Positions 10,451 through 21,298 of a stretch of 64,000 nucleotides of DNA are shown here, in pieces. The stretch is taken from the NCBI GenBank assembly GCA_029856365.1, contig JAHQWW010000006.1, forward strand, positions 1 through 64,000, read 5' to 3'. Both the position numbers and the translations under genes were made by a program. The DNA is from Candidatus Hodarchaeota archaeon (GTDB taxonomy: Archaea; Asgardarchaeota; Heimdallarchaeia; Hodarchaeales; Hodarchaeaceae). Each line of letters begins with the position of its first letter. Within the stretch, counting starts at the first letter, position 1. The notes under the pieces are model-generated. The model was not told the origin of the DNA, made no database searches, and worked only from the letters and a program-made list of their open reading frames with translations.

Positions 10451-10891
10451 ATGATGTCAGACAATTCCTTAGATGAGACTAAAATTATAGATGCAGAGAA
10501 TTCAATTCTGGGTCGTTTAGCAAGTATTATCGCAAAACGATTATTAAATGGAGAAAAGATCATTGTCCTTAATGCAGACAAAGCACTGATTTCAGGTAAA
10601 AAAGATTTCATTGCTGCGAAATACCTGCGAAGATGGCGAATTAAAACAAAGTCAAATCCTTTGAAAGGTCCTTTTTACCCTCGAGAAACTGATCAGATTT
10701 TGAAACGAACTGTCCGGGGCATGCTTCCATATCATAAGAGCAGAGGAAAGGAAGCTTATCATCGTTTGATAGTATACAATAACTTTCCTTACCAGTTTAG
10801 AGAAAAAGAAATCGAAATCATTCCAGAAACTCAGAGAATTAACCCGAAAGCGACTTACCTCTCCCTTGATGAATTAAAAACAAAGATCTGA
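10451..10891 (+). CDS. rpl13: 50S ribosomal protein uL13
   Basis: IDAENSILGRLAS, RTVRGMLP. Confidence 0.96.
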   Translation: MMSDNSLDETKIIDAENSILGRLASIIAKRLLNGEKIIVLNADKALISGKKDFIAAKYLRRWRIKTKSNPLKGPFYPRETDQILKRTVRGMLPYHKSRGKEAYHRLIVYNNFPYQFREKEIEIIPETQRINPKATYLSLDELKTKI

Positions 10892-10902
10892 AGGTACTAA
10901 TA

Positions 10903-11304
10903 ATGAAAAGCATATTACGAAGTGGAAAACGACGTACCGCAATTGCACGTGCCATAATTAAAGAAGGAAAAGGTAGAATATTAATCAATGGAAAGCCAAT
11001 AGAGATCATCGAACCAGAAATCGTACGGATGAAATTGATGGAACCTTTTTATTTTATCGATGAAAAAACCAAACAGCGTATAGATATCAAGGTAAAAGTC
11101 AAGGGTGGAGGGTATATGGGCCAAGCTGATGCGGCAAGAACTGCTATTGCACGAGCTCTTTTAGCTTGGATTGACTCTGAAGAATTACGGGTTAAATACA
11201 TTGAATATGATCGTCACATGATAGTAGGAGATCCACGTCGACGTGAGCCTAAACATTTTGGTGGACCAGGTGCACGAGCAAAATATACTAAGAGTTATCG
11301 ATAA
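10903..11304 (+). CDS. rps9: 30S ribosomal protein uS9
   Basis: GKRRTAIARA, GGGYMGQA, EPKHFGGPGARAKYTKSYR. Confidence 0.97.
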   Translation: MKSILRSGKRRTAIARAIIKEGKGRILINGKPIEIIEPEIVRMKLMEPFYFIDEKTKQRIDIKVKVKGGGYMGQADAARTAIARALLAWIDSEELRVKYIEYDRHMIVGDPRRREPKHFGGPGARAKYTKSYR

Positions 11305-11364
11305 TCCACAAGATTTATTTAAGATAGATTGAGAAATATTCTTACCTTTTTTACTCTCCAAAAA

Positions 11365-11472
11365 GGGCCCATGGCTTAGCCTGGTTAAAGCGCTCGGCGT
11401 TCTGAAGAGTATTCATCAGAGCGGGCGATGCTGATAACCGAGAGATCCCCGGTTCAAATCCGGGTGGGCCCA
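11365..11472 (+). tRNA. tRNA-Ile(GAU) with 33-nt intron at 30/31 (11397-11429)
   Basis: Cloverleaf after intron removal: anticodon arm ctcgg-ct-GAT-aa-ccgag; BHB central helix cgct/ggcg with 3-nt bulges cgg and atg. Confidence 0.92.
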
Positions 11473-11710
11473 CATTTACTGCTTTTATAATCCCCCTTCT
11501 ATTGTAAAGATGATGAATATACTTGAATAGCTGAAAGTCAAGCAGAATGCAACATTAAAAGATGTGCATAAGACTAAAAACTAATCACTTACACTAAAAC
11601 AGTATGATAGTTCAAAACTAATATAAAGTCAAAATATAACCGAGGGAACATATGTTTCAAGTTATAAGAAAAATACCTCCAGTGTAAATCGGTGTAAACC
11701 CATTTTTGAT

Positions 11711-13168
11711 TCATTTTTGTGCTAATGAAAGAGAAATCTGCTCAAAATCTTCATCGTTAGAAAGGAGTTTCGAAGAAGGGAGTTTCTTGTTAAAAATAGG
11801 AGTTCCTTGAACCTTGTCATTTAGTCTCAAGAGGATATAAATCAAATTGACAATCTCATGATAAGGGATTTCTAGGTGATTTGATTGAGATAGCTGAGTA
11901 AGAACACAAATAAGTTGTTGATAAGAAAGATGGTTCTTTAATTCAGTAAAAAGGTGAATTTTATCTTTTTCAGACCTCTGATTTAAAATAATTTCAAATA
12001 TCGAAGATAACTTATCATTTGTTAATAGTTTTTGACAAAAATTTACTCTTTTAAGACATTTCTTTTCTTTTTCTTTTGACAAGCTTTTGGTATCTTTTGG
12101 AATGTTACATAATTCGTAACAGATTTGATTCATTCCAAGGGAAAAACCGGTTTTTTCTACACCCAAAAGACTTTTTGGCTTCATTTCAGGAGATAACATA
12201 ATTGGGGTATAACTAACTTGCTTTTCTTCTACAACTGATGGTTTTGATTCTGTTAAGAAGAGAGATAACCCTTCTTTGAAATGGAGAAGGCCTCTTTGAA
12301 GAGTGATCTTGGGATTTTTCTTTATTTGATATTTCAATCTAATTCTTTCAAGTTCCTGAATGTCCCAAAAATAATCATCTTTTTTGTTTTGAGTGTTGAA
12401 GAGTATCTTATTTATATATTTAAAGAATGAAGTTTGGTTATAACTATGAAAGCAGTAGCATTGAACTCTATTCTTCTCATTATTATTTTCTTTAATACTT
12501 GTTTTTTCTGTAAAGTTATAAGCTAGAATCATTCTAGAGAAGAAGGGTAAGGATTTTATGTCGAAATTCACAGATTTAGGAAAAATGAACTTTGAATTCT
12601 CTTCTAAGATATATTTCTTTCGAATTTTTACCAGTTTGTTTTCCCTTAATAATTTATCAATATCATCATTTGAGATTAAGATTATATCAGGTAAAACTCC
12701 TTCTAGAATTGGTTTTGACTTCTTAATTCGTTCTTTCAGCTCTTTATAGGATTTTGAATAAAGAAAAATTCTAATACAAGCTTTTTCTGTATCTAATTCT
12801 AATGAAAATGTCTTTAAGTGTTTCAATTGTTTTAATTCACTTGTTTGGATTTTTCTAAGGGAGAACGTTTGGAATATGGCAAACCATATGTCATAATTTT
12901 GGATAAAAACTATTCCTTTTTGTATCACTGTAAATTTTAGCAGAGGATCATTTCGGTTTGATGATAAAACTATTTCATTTGCAAACATGTACAATAAAAT
13001 TACAATTGGTAAATATCGTACTAAATCATATGGAGATTGTATAATACTTCGTAAAATATCAGTATAATCGTTTAAAATAAGTGATCCTTCAATAATGATT
13101 AGAAAAACAAGTAAAATGAAGACTATTACAAAAATCTTTAATTTGTTTAACAAAATATTTTGATTCAT
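11711..13168 (-). CDS. Hypothetical protein with two N-terminal TM helices
   Basis: 485-aa ORF 10 bp downstream of the large surface protein gene. Confidence 0.7.
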   Translation of the reverse strand: MNQNILLNKLKIFVIVFILLVFLIIIEGSLILNDYTDILRSIIQSPYDLVRYLPIVILLYMFANEIVLSSNRNDPLLKFTVIQKGIVFIQNYDIWFAIFQTFSLRKIQTSELKQLKHLKTFSLELDTEKACIRIFLYSKSYKELKERIKKSKPILEGVLPDIILISNDDIDKLLRENKLVKIRKKYILEENSKFIFPKSVNFDIKSLPFFSRMILAYNFTEKTSIKENNNEKNRVQCYCFHSYNQTSFFKYINKILFNTQNKKDDYFWDIQELERIRLKYQIKKNPKITLQRGLLHFKEGLSLFLTESKPSVVEEKQVSYTPIMLSPEMKPKSLLGVEKTGFSLGMNQICYELCNIPKDTKSLSKEKEKKCLKRVNFCQKLLTNDKLSSIFEIILNQRSEKDKIHLFTELKNHLSYQQLICVLTQLSQSNHLEIPYHEIVNLIYILLRLNDKVQGTPIFNKKLPSSKLLSNDEDFEQISLSLAQK

Positions 13169-13178
13169 AATTTTCAGC

Positions 13179-16100
13179 TTAAAGAATTGATGTTTTTCTC
13201 TTTCTAATCATTCGAGCAATAAAAATACCGCTTATTATTACAAGAGACAATAGAATAGGAAAAAAAAATTCTGATGTAATCATGTTTGAAAGAGAAGAAG
13301 AACCTGAAATTATTCCTTTAATATCGATAATTTCAGATGATTTCTCATTTCCAGCCCAATCGAACACACTAACTGTAATAAAATAGGAGTCAATAGTTCT
13401 TACTGGAATTTCGAATACATAATGATTTAATGAAAAAGAAATAGAAGCTATACTCTGGTCTTCCAATGTTAAAGAGATATTTTTGATACCTGAAGCCATT
13501 TCAGGTTCAAACACAAAAGTGTGAATTCGAATAATATCAACCATAGACTGAACAGAATAATCTAATGTAGGTGCAAATGGGTCACTAATTGTGAAATTTT
13601 GCATCAAACTAGCTATTATTAGATCGTCAAAATAGTTCACCATCAATTGAATAGAAATCGAAGTATTCCATCTTTGGGGAGATAAAAAGGCAGTTATTAA
13701 ACTTGATGCATTTGAAAAAGTTTTTAAGGAAGTGTTATAACATTCCCAAGATCTTAAATCGTTTATGGTGCATAAAACTAAATAAGAATAGTTGATTGGT
13801 GTATTGATTTCCCAACTACCACTTATACTTTCATTATAAACATAAAATGACTGAAAAGGTTTTTTAATTTTTATTTCCAATTCTTGAAGATATCCTTCTA
13901 AAAAATAACACATTTCGAGCCCGCTTATTGTATTAAGCTGAAATAACGAAACAGTTGAGCCCGCAATGGTCATTTTAAATAGATGAGTAATATCACGATT
14001 CAAAGAATCTAGGAGGGTAATGTTGGCGAAAGGAAATCCTAAGAATTTAAGATCAATTTCTATTGAATAATTATTAATAGTTATTTTTGAATAAGATTCT
14101 AGTCTAATCCTAAATTTTCTCGATATCACTTCCTTTATCACTAGTATAGTTGGGCATGGTAATTCCAATACTAATATGTCATTCAATCTAGATTGATTTG
14201 CTTCTAGTGTCCAGATTAGCATGTGATTATCAATATTGGTACCAACAACATAATTATCTCTTAAAATGTATGCAGCCAATATTAAATCACTAAATGATTC
14301 GATGGGAACAAACCAATTAGAATTGTTGTTTAAGTATTCAACGTGATAATAGATAAAAAAAGTTTCATTTACTCTAATAGGTGATCTCATAATTTCACGA
14401 ATGTAAGCTCGTTCCCCACCACCTAGAGCTGTCTCATTCGAGATATAGAATAATAATGTCTGAAGTTTAAAAACTTCACCCTCTAGCATTCCATCAACAG
14501 CGACTTGAAGAAATTCCATGGGTATTGTATACTCAAAATCGAAATTAATGTCAGCAAATCCTTTTAAATTTGTTTGGAAGTTCGAAATTACTGTATCATT
14601 GATCCAAATCCTAATATTAAGTCCAGAAAGGGTTTGGAAGTATTCTTCCCCTTGAAAATGGATATATGAATAGAGTCGGAAGCTTATACTCTCATTTTTT
14701 AATAATGTTGTTTGTAAATTTTCAAAACTCCAAAAAATCGAAGCTGGTTTAACAGTTATACTTATTACATCCTTTGCAAAGAATAAATTGCCATCAGACG
14801 CAATAACATCTAAAGTATAATCTCCAGGATCCCAAATAATATGAGAAACATTTAGAATGAAATCATTGTGAGACGTTTGGGAGAAAAAAAGACATTCATA
14901 TCCTTTTATTAAGAAAACCAATGTTAAATTAGTAAAGTATTTGTTTCCATCTTTTAAAAGGCTTAAGTTTATTAATAATGGTTCAAATCGATAAATATTA
15001 ACATTCTGGGACGATTTAAACAGAATAATTGAGTTTGAACAAACTTCCTCATGAACATAAACTAATTTTTCATATATACCATACTCCCACGAGTTTGACC
15101 AGTTGAGAGTTAATTGCAAGATTCCTATGGGAAATTGTTCAGTTATTTTTATTGATGGGAAAACAAAAGTAGAGTTGATCATAGGAAGGGTAGTTTGGTG
15201 AAAAAGGAAAGATTCATTGTAGTAGTATAAGTTTATATTACTTAATAAGGGATAACGTAAATCACCTCGAACTTGGATAACATCATTTCTGCTAACATCA
15301 GTGGGAACTACAATGTTTGTGAAATAATTTGGTGACCATGCTTCAAGAACCCCCCAATTAATTCCATAGACGTCTGCACGATAAAGATATCCTAAAATAA
15401 ATTCATTCAGTATTTGAGTTTTATTAGTAAATTCAAACTTGATACTTTGATTAATAATATTAATATTGATCCAGTCTGAGGGAAGAATAATGCCAATAAT
15501 ACTAGAAGATGCAGCCTCAAGAATATTAGGTATGTTCACGTACAAATTTATTCTTATTTTGGTCTCATTCCAATCTTTAGCGAAATAAAAACACTCTAGG
15601 CTCTTTGTCCTGGTAATATTTACCTCTAGATATGTTTGTGAATTGTTTTTCCAAGATGAACTTTCATATGCAGTAAGAGTAAAGTTTCCTAGTGTTGAAT
15701 CAAAAGATAATGAACCATTACTAGTAAAAATCGATGTTTCTCCTATTGAATAGTTAATTGGAGGACAGGGAAGTAATGATGTCAAATATTCTAAATTATT
15801 TATGTCTAGAGTTAATTTGTATTCTGGAATAAATGTAATCATATAACAAAAGAGAGTTTCAAGACTTGAAAATTTACTATACTCTTCTGAAAAAAAGTAT
15901 GTTGAAATTAATTTTGTAATATTGTATGAAATGTGTCTCCAACCAAAAGGTGCTGTTTCATTACATAAAATATAGAGAAAGTCGGATCCATTGGGTCGTG
16001 TGACATTTTCTTCAAGAATTTCTCCAAGGTTCCCACCAAAATCTGACAAAATGAATGTTATTGAACCATTATTATACCTGAATTCTAAACCTAAAGTATG

Positions 16101-16727
16101 TGGTGAATTTATTAGTGCAGGTGTTAAAAAGGGGATTCTGAAATCAAAAGAAATAATAGTGGGATAATTAAATACATCTGGATTTGATGATACAAGAAAT
16201 TCTGTATTAGTTATTCCTGAAGCAGGGGTTTCAACATTTTCAGAAAAATTTAAGCGAAAGACGTTAGTATTTTCCGAAAGAATTGTAGATACGTTAACAT
16301 CTCCATAATCAGGTTCGATATCATTTTGCCATTTATTACCGCTACTATTCCCAGTGGAAAAAATCTGAAATGAGGAATTTATTACTTCTGACTTAATGGA
16401 AACATTTGTGTATGAATTTGAGACCAAGTTTTTCATTTGGTGCTTTTTTAAATTGAACTGAGTACCCTGTTCTACATAATATTGTATTTGCTCCTCATTA
16501 GTTATTAATTTGTTAATTTCAAAATTTGATGCATTTTCCTGATTTTTTTGAGGATATGATTCCTTTTCTGAAGGTATACTTTGATTTGAGGAGGGTAAAC
16601 AGGGAGAAAATAGGTAAGTACCAGCATCGAGGGAGTTCAGCATGAAAGAAATGAGAATTAAATTAAAAAGAAAGAGTAATTCTGATTTTCGAAACCATTC
16701 TGCTTTAGGAATTTTCCACATCTTCAT
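13179..16727 (-). CDS. Large predicted cell-surface glycoprotein (signal/anchor, beta-rich body, C-terminal TM)
   Basis: N-terminal hydrophobic segment, C-terminal TM + RKRK tail, about 40 N-x-S/T sequons by my count. Confidence 0.8.
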   Translation of the reverse strand: MKMWKIPKAEWFRKSELLFLFNLILISFMLNSLDAGTYLFSPCLPSSNQSIPSEKESYPQKNQENASNFEINKLITNEEQIQYYVEQGTQFNLKKHQMKNLVSNSYTNVSIKSEVINSSFQIFSTGNSSGNKWQNDIEPDYGDVNVSTILSENTNVFRLNFSENVETPASGITNTEFLVSSNPDVFNYPTIISFDFRIPFLTPALINSPHTLGLEFRYNNGSITFILSDFGGNLGEILEENVTRPNGSDFLYILCNETAPFGWRHISYNITKLISTYFFSEEYSKFSSLETLFCYMITFIPEYKLTLDINNLEYLTSLLPCPPINYSIGETSIFTSNGSLSFDSTLGNFTLTAYESSSWKNNSQTYLEVNITRTKSLECFYFAKDWNETKIRINLYVNIPNILEAASSSIIGIILPSDWININIINQSIKFEFTNKTQILNEFILGYLYRADVYGINWGVLEAWSPNYFTNIVVPTDVSRNDVIQVRGDLRYPLLSNINLYYYNESFLFHQTTLPMINSTFVFPSIKITEQFPIGILQLTLNWSNSWEYGIYEKLVYVHEEVCSNSIILFKSSQNVNIYRFEPLLINLSLLKDGNKYFTNLTLVFLIKGYECLFFSQTSHNDFILNVSHIIWDPGDYTLDVIASDGNLFFAKDVISITVKPASIFWSFENLQTTLLKNESISFRLYSYIHFQGEEYFQTLSGLNIRIWINDTVISNFQTNLKGFADINFDFEYTIPMEFLQVAVDGMLEGEVFKLQTLLFYISNETALGGGERAYIREIMRSPIRVNETFFIYYHVEYLNNNSNWFVPIESFSDLILAAYILRDNYVVGTNIDNHMLIWTLEANQSRLNDILVLELPCPTILVIKEVISRKFRIRLESYSKITINNYSIEIDLKFLGFPFANITLLDSLNRDITHLFKMTIAGSTVSLFQLNTISGLEMCYFLEGYLQELEIKIKKPFQSFYVYNESISGSWEINTPINYSYLVLCTINDLRSWECYNTSLKTFSNASSLITAFLSPQRWNTSISIQLMVNYFDDLIIASLMQNFTISDPFAPTLDYSVQSMVDIIRIHTFVFEPEMASGIKNISLTLEDQSIASISFSLNHYVFEIPVRTIDSYFITVSVFDWAGNEKSSEIIDIKGIISGSSSLSNMITSEFFFPILLSLVIISGIFIARMIRKRKTSIL

Positions 16728-16981
16728 TTCATCCCTTATTTAAAATAGTCTCTTAGCTGAACCTCCACCTTCATATTTAGAGGATCTTAAAAAACTCCCA
16801 AGAATATTGACTTCAAAAAAGTATAATAATAATTAGTACAATCCTCGTGGACTACTACCAGCTTCTCAACTTAGTACTCGTGAAATATCCCGAACTAATT
16901 GGTAGTATTCTTTATTTCCTTGTAAGGCTTTTAACAACTCATTTTACTTATAATATCCATGAGAACATCTTTTATCGCCAT

Positions 16982-18520
16982 TCATCCCGCCCCTAAAGGA
17001 ATGGAACCTCTGGATAACTCTGTTAAAGCGTTTTTAACAATCATATATACAATAAGAAATAAAATAAACTTTGATAATCTGAATATTTCTTTCCATAGGA
17101 TTACAATATTTTTGTTGAATCTTCTGATATTAACTCTATTGAAGGGTAAAATACTAATTATAAAAGCTATTACCAAATAAATCAATTCATAGACAGAGTT
17201 ATTCAACGCTACGGACGATTCAGTGAATGAATGACTTACCATATTTGAAACAAAAAGAAAAAAAGGGCCTGCTCCTGCAATAAAAGCTAAAGAGATTATT
17301 GCAAGCACTTGAACAATGTCACTGTGTAATTTTGCCGCCCTGAGTCGTGCAACACCCTTGTTTAGTAAATCATTAGTTTTATTTAATTCTTCAGTAATTG
17401 TCATCAATTTTTGACCAGCAATGTGAGTATCTATCATAGAAAATTTTTTTGTTAACAAGATAAGGTGTAAGATTCTTTCTGAGAAAAATTCTGTTAAGAA
17501 ATCTGTATTTAATTCGTTTTCTAAAGATATCCCTAGCCTAAATTGCACATAATTTTCTGATTTCTGTATAAAATAGTCTGTTGTAGTGTTGAAAATAATA
17601 TTTAGAGCTTTATTTAAGCTTTTGTTGAATGAATTCCCCCTTGACAGGTTCTCTGACAAAATGACTAAAAATTCTAATGATTTTTCATCATAAGATAAAG
17701 AAAATTTATCATTTTGATAAAATACTGTTAAATTTCTTTCTGGGTATATAAAAAATGATCCAATCACCATACTGATAATGATTAAAAGACCGAAAAACAC
17801 ACTCATATTCCCAGAGATCAATAAAAAACATAATATCACTGGAGGACTTAGAAATATCACTCCAGCAGATAAGGAAGCCCAGGAGTCGATTTTATCTGTT
17901 TCTTCTGATATCTTCTCTGAGATTCTGTTAAGAATCTTATTCTTTGAAAGAAGAGTAATATTCTTTCCATTTTCCCAAATTTCCAAAATATAAAGGAAAA
18001 TAGTCTGAATGTTCCCATGAAGATACTTCTTTATTTGAGTTTTTAACGTAAGATCAAGAGGGTTCCCGAAATGTGTCGAAACCATCGCTCTCTCAAAAAT
18101 TTTGGAAAAAACAGGATAATTACTCAAAATAATGAATTTTGTTGATTCTTTCAGGGAATGGGATGAATCTAATATTACTAGTAGCTCATTAACAACAAAA
18201 TAACCTATCGTTTCAATGAACATACAATATTCTTTGAATTTAAGAAAAATCGTATAGTGAAATAATCTTAAAAAGGCTACAATCAATACTAATTCGATTA
18301 TAATCCCTTCAAGTGAAATATTCTTCAATATAAATATTTGAATTCCAATAAAAAAAAGAGATAAAGTGAAAAAAGAGAAGGAAATCCAGAAGACATGTTT
18401 TTCACTGACTTTATACTTTGAATTAAAATATCCCCTGAAATTATAAAGATTGAAAAAATCGAAGTTACCAAATAGCATAGAATTGAAATATTTCAATATG
18501 AAACTAATGTCACGTGGCAT
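16982..18520 (-). CDS. TadB/TadC (T2SS-F)-like pilus platform membrane protein
   Basis: Two cytoplasmic segments of T2SSF type (LDSSHSLKES...HFGNPLD; LSENLSRGNSFNKSL) alternating with TM bundles; adjacent to secretion ATPase. Confidence 0.6.
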   Translation of the reverse strand: MPRDISFILKYFNSMLFGNFDFFNLYNFRGYFNSKYKVSEKHVFWISFSFFTLSLFFIGIQIFILKNISLEGIIIELVLIVAFLRLFHYTIFLKFKEYCMFIETIGYFVVNELLVILDSSHSLKESTKFIILSNYPVFSKIFERAMVSTHFGNPLDLTLKTQIKKYLHGNIQTIFLYILEIWENGKNITLLSKNKILNRISEKISEETDKIDSWASLSAGVIFLSPPVILCFLLISGNMSVFFGLLIIISMVIGSFFIYPERNLTVFYQNDKFSLSYDEKSLEFLVILSENLSRGNSFNKSLNKALNIIFNTTTDYFIQKSENYVQFRLGISLENELNTDFLTEFFSERILHLILLTKKFSMIDTHIAGQKLMTITEELNKTNDLLNKGVARLRAAKLHSDIVQVLAIISLAFIAGAGPFFLFVSNMVSHSFTESSVALNNSVYELIYLVIAFIISILPFNRVNIRRFNKNIVILWKEIFRLSKFILFLIVYMIVKNALTELSRGSIPLGAG

Positions 18521-18811
18521 ATAATTCTACACCAATATTTTAGTAAATTCTTCAATTTTTAATTAAATGAAGATCTTATACACAAATGAATTTTCTTGGA
18601 TTAAATCATCATAATATTTCACCTTCCTTTATTTATACCCGAGAATCCTGAAAGAAAAAAGATAATTTTAGTTGAATTGTGTCTTAACGGTCGTGATATA
18701 CTTTATGTACATTGTTTAGTGGATCAATCTTTATTTCTCTTTTTTTTTTCACAAATTTAATTTCACTTGCAATAAACTTGGGTTATTTTAATTTCATTTA
18801 CAAAATTAATT

Positions 18812-19135
18812 TTGGTAATAGAATTGACAGTCCTTCAAACACAAAAAACTATCATTGAGACTACTTGTCCAATTTGTGGAAAGCATGAATCAATTCTAAT
18901 AACTGAATCTGAATTATATATTGCACAAGAACAACATTCTCTCATTACTAAAGCATTGTCTCACTCAAAAGAAGGCCACATTCTTACTCTATATATTGAT
19001 GGGCACGGAATTGTTCGACGAAAATATTGTTTTGATATTGCAGAACAAAAAGCCAATTCCTTTAAAGGTTCTCACCCTAAAAATTTGAGCATAATTTTTG
19101 ATCAAATGATTCAGGAGTCAAAGAAACAACAATAA
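18812..19135 (+). CDS. Small putative Zn-binding protein
   Basis: CPICG...H...HILTLYIDGHGIVR. Confidence 0.6.
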   Translation: MVIELTVLQTQKTIIETTCPICGKHESILITESELYIAQEQHSLITKALSHSKEGHILTLYIDGHGIVRRKYCFDIAEQKANSFKGSHPKNLSIIFDQMIQESKKQQ

Positions 19136-19168
19136 AGATCAAGACTTATCTTATATTGGAGCGAAAAT

Positions 19169-20575
19169 ATGAATCAATCCTTAATTATTGACTCAGGTTT
19201 AAATCGAAAAGATGGAATTGTAATAGAATCCTATTCTTTTCATTGTTATAGAGTTTCGATAATTAAAATGCTTGAAAAAGAAGAACTCGAGTATCAGGTA
19301 CGATATAATCCTCTAACTTATAATCATTTGAAAGATTTTAGTCGTTATGAAAAGGAAGTCTATATTTTCCTTAAAGAATTTATATTACAACAAAACGATT
19401 TCTGTACTTTTAATCAGCTTTACACTTACTTGTCAGAAACTATTGGTAAAGAACTAAAGCTCCCTAAACAGCTTTTAATCCCCGTATTACTCCGTAAACT
19501 TAATCTTGAAAAGATTGGACCACTTTTAATTGAAGATCAGGTTGATGAAATATACTTAGATTCGAGTAAGAAGAATCTCTACATAGATCATTCCCGACAT
19601 GGGAGGTGTACTACCTCAATACGGCTTTCAAAGAAAGAAATTGAAGCTTTTGTCCATCGAGTAGCATTAGAAAACGATTTTTCCCTTAATCAAAGCAATC
19701 CAACTATGAAAGCAGATTTCGTATCTAATTTATTTCACACCCGAGTCACAGTGGATATTCCTCCTCTTATTATCGAAGATATTCACATTGATGTCAGGAA
19801 ATTTCATTCAAAAATATTACGAATTTCAGATCTGATTAGGAATGGAAGTCTTACACTAAACCAAGCAATTTTCTTGGTATTTCTAATTCAGAATCAAGTA
19901 TCAATATCAATAATTGGGCCTCCAAATTCAGGCAAAACAACGTTACAAAATGCCTTGATTGAATATATTCCCTCTCATCTTCGACTTTTATCAGTTGAAG
20001 ATGTTCTAGAAACTTCTGAAATAAGATATGGGAATATTGTTAGATTCCGTTTAGGCTATGATCCCCATGAAAGCATGATTTTTTCAAAATCACTTGAGAT
20101 CCAAAAAATTTTACACAGAAGTCCAGACTTTATCAATTTAGGTGAACTATCAACAAAAAATCATTTTACTGCTTTCCTAAATGTTTTGTCTGTTGGAATT
20201 CCATCAATTCAAACAATACATGGAAGAAATCCAGAATTTCTATTTGTACGTTTGAATGATATATATGATATACCTCTAGAACTCTTAAAAACTTCATTTC
20301 CTCATATCTTCATCGAATTAAATGTTTCTTGGGTTAAAAATAAGAAAAAACGTACCATTATGCGAATTGCAGAATTGACAAACGAAGGCATTATTAAAAA
20401 TTTGACTAATAAATCAATCGAATCGTTTCTCTCTCATCCTAATACCAAATCAGGTATTTTTACTCATGATTTCCTGATTAAACACAGTCAAAATAATCTC
20501 AAAGATTTTGCAGCAAATCTTGAGAAAATTGCCTTATTCTTGGGTAGAAACTCGTTTCAAGCCAATTTAGCTTGA
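19169..20575 (+). CDS. VirB11/CpaF(TadA)/FlaI-family secretion ATPase
   Basis: Walker A GPPNSGKTT, Asp box VEDVLE, SPDFINLGE, His box QTIHG, IDVRKF. Confidence 0.9.
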   Translation: MNQSLIIDSGLNRKDGIVIESYSFHCYRVSIIKMLEKEELEYQVRYNPLTYNHLKDFSRYEKEVYIFLKEFILQQNDFCTFNQLYTYLSETIGKELKLPKQLLIPVLLRKLNLEKIGPLLIEDQVDEIYLDSSKKNLYIDHSRHGRCTTSIRLSKKEIEAFVHRVALENDFSLNQSNPTMKADFVSNLFHTRVTVDIPPLIIEDIHIDVRKFHSKILRISDLIRNGSLTLNQAIFLVFLIQNQVSISIIGPPNSGKTTLQNALIEYIPSHLRLLSVEDVLETSEIRYGNIVRFRLGYDPHESMIFSKSLEIQKILHRSPDFINLGELSTKNHFTAFLNVLSVGIPSIQTIHGRNPEFLFVRLNDIYDIPLELLKTSFPHIFIELNVSWVKNKKKRTIMRIAELTNEGIIKNLTNKSIESFLSHPNTKSGIFTHDFLIKHSQNNLKDFAANLEKIALFLGRNSFQANLA

Positions 20576-20733
20576 TTAATGTTGGAATCTACACAAAATT
20601 CGGAAGAAAATGTGTTTCATGTTGTAAATCTAGCCTTTACTTCGAAGTAGAATATATAAGTACAAAATTAAGAGGAAAACTAAATTGGGAGAAAAAAACT
20701 TCGGTCCTTATATGTCTTAATTAATCTAAGGTA

Positions 20734-21294
20734 TTGGACATTAAATTTCATGCAGAATTAGGGATTATTTTGATTCGGTTCCATCAAGCTTCAATAACAG
20801 GTGTAGAAATCGCTTTTTTCTCCCCAGAAATTACGGAATATCTACAGGAGTTTTCAAAACAGCTACTGAAATTATTGTCGTCTCTATTCCCAATATTACT
20901 TAGTATTACTATTGTAACTGTAAATCTTTCGCTGATTTCAGGAGCAATCGTCTACCTCTTAGATTATAATGAAGATAATGGAAAAATAATGATTCTAAGA
21001 TCATTTATAATTCTAATACTCTTAATATCCATTTTTAATCCGAAATTCCCCAATTCAACAGTGGTTATGGAGCCGTTCGAGGGATTTCTGCCGTTAACAT
21101 CATTTATAACTTCATATTTATTATTTATTTTTGCAGCATTATCTCTTATAGTCTTCCTTGGAAATTTGGGGCTGTACCTCATTGCATCGGATTCAAAACG
21201 GGTTAAGAATTTAAAAAAGAGCGTATTCTGCCTTATATGTATTATTTTACCATTAGGTTTTCAATTTCCGAATATGCCTTTGTGGAGGACGTGA
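20734..21294 (+). CDS. Four-TM membrane protein (two TM-hairpin repeats)
   Basis: Two hydrophobic hairpins, each with a short charged loop. Confidence 0.65.
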   Translation: MDIKFHAELGIILIRFHQASITGVEIAFFSPEITEYLQEFSKQLLKLLSSLFPILLSITIVTVNLSLISGAIVYLLDYNEDNGKIMILRSFIILILLISIFNPKFPNSTVVMEPFEGFLPLTSFITSYLLFIFAALSLIVFLGNLGLYLIASDSKRVKNLKKSVFCLICIILPLGFQFPNMPLWRT

Positions 21295-21298
21295 GTTT

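Noticed and set aside
11510-11534. ATGATGA...CTGA as a C/D sRNA after tRNA-Ile
   Set aside because: No second guide/D box and no recognisable rRNA or tRNA target
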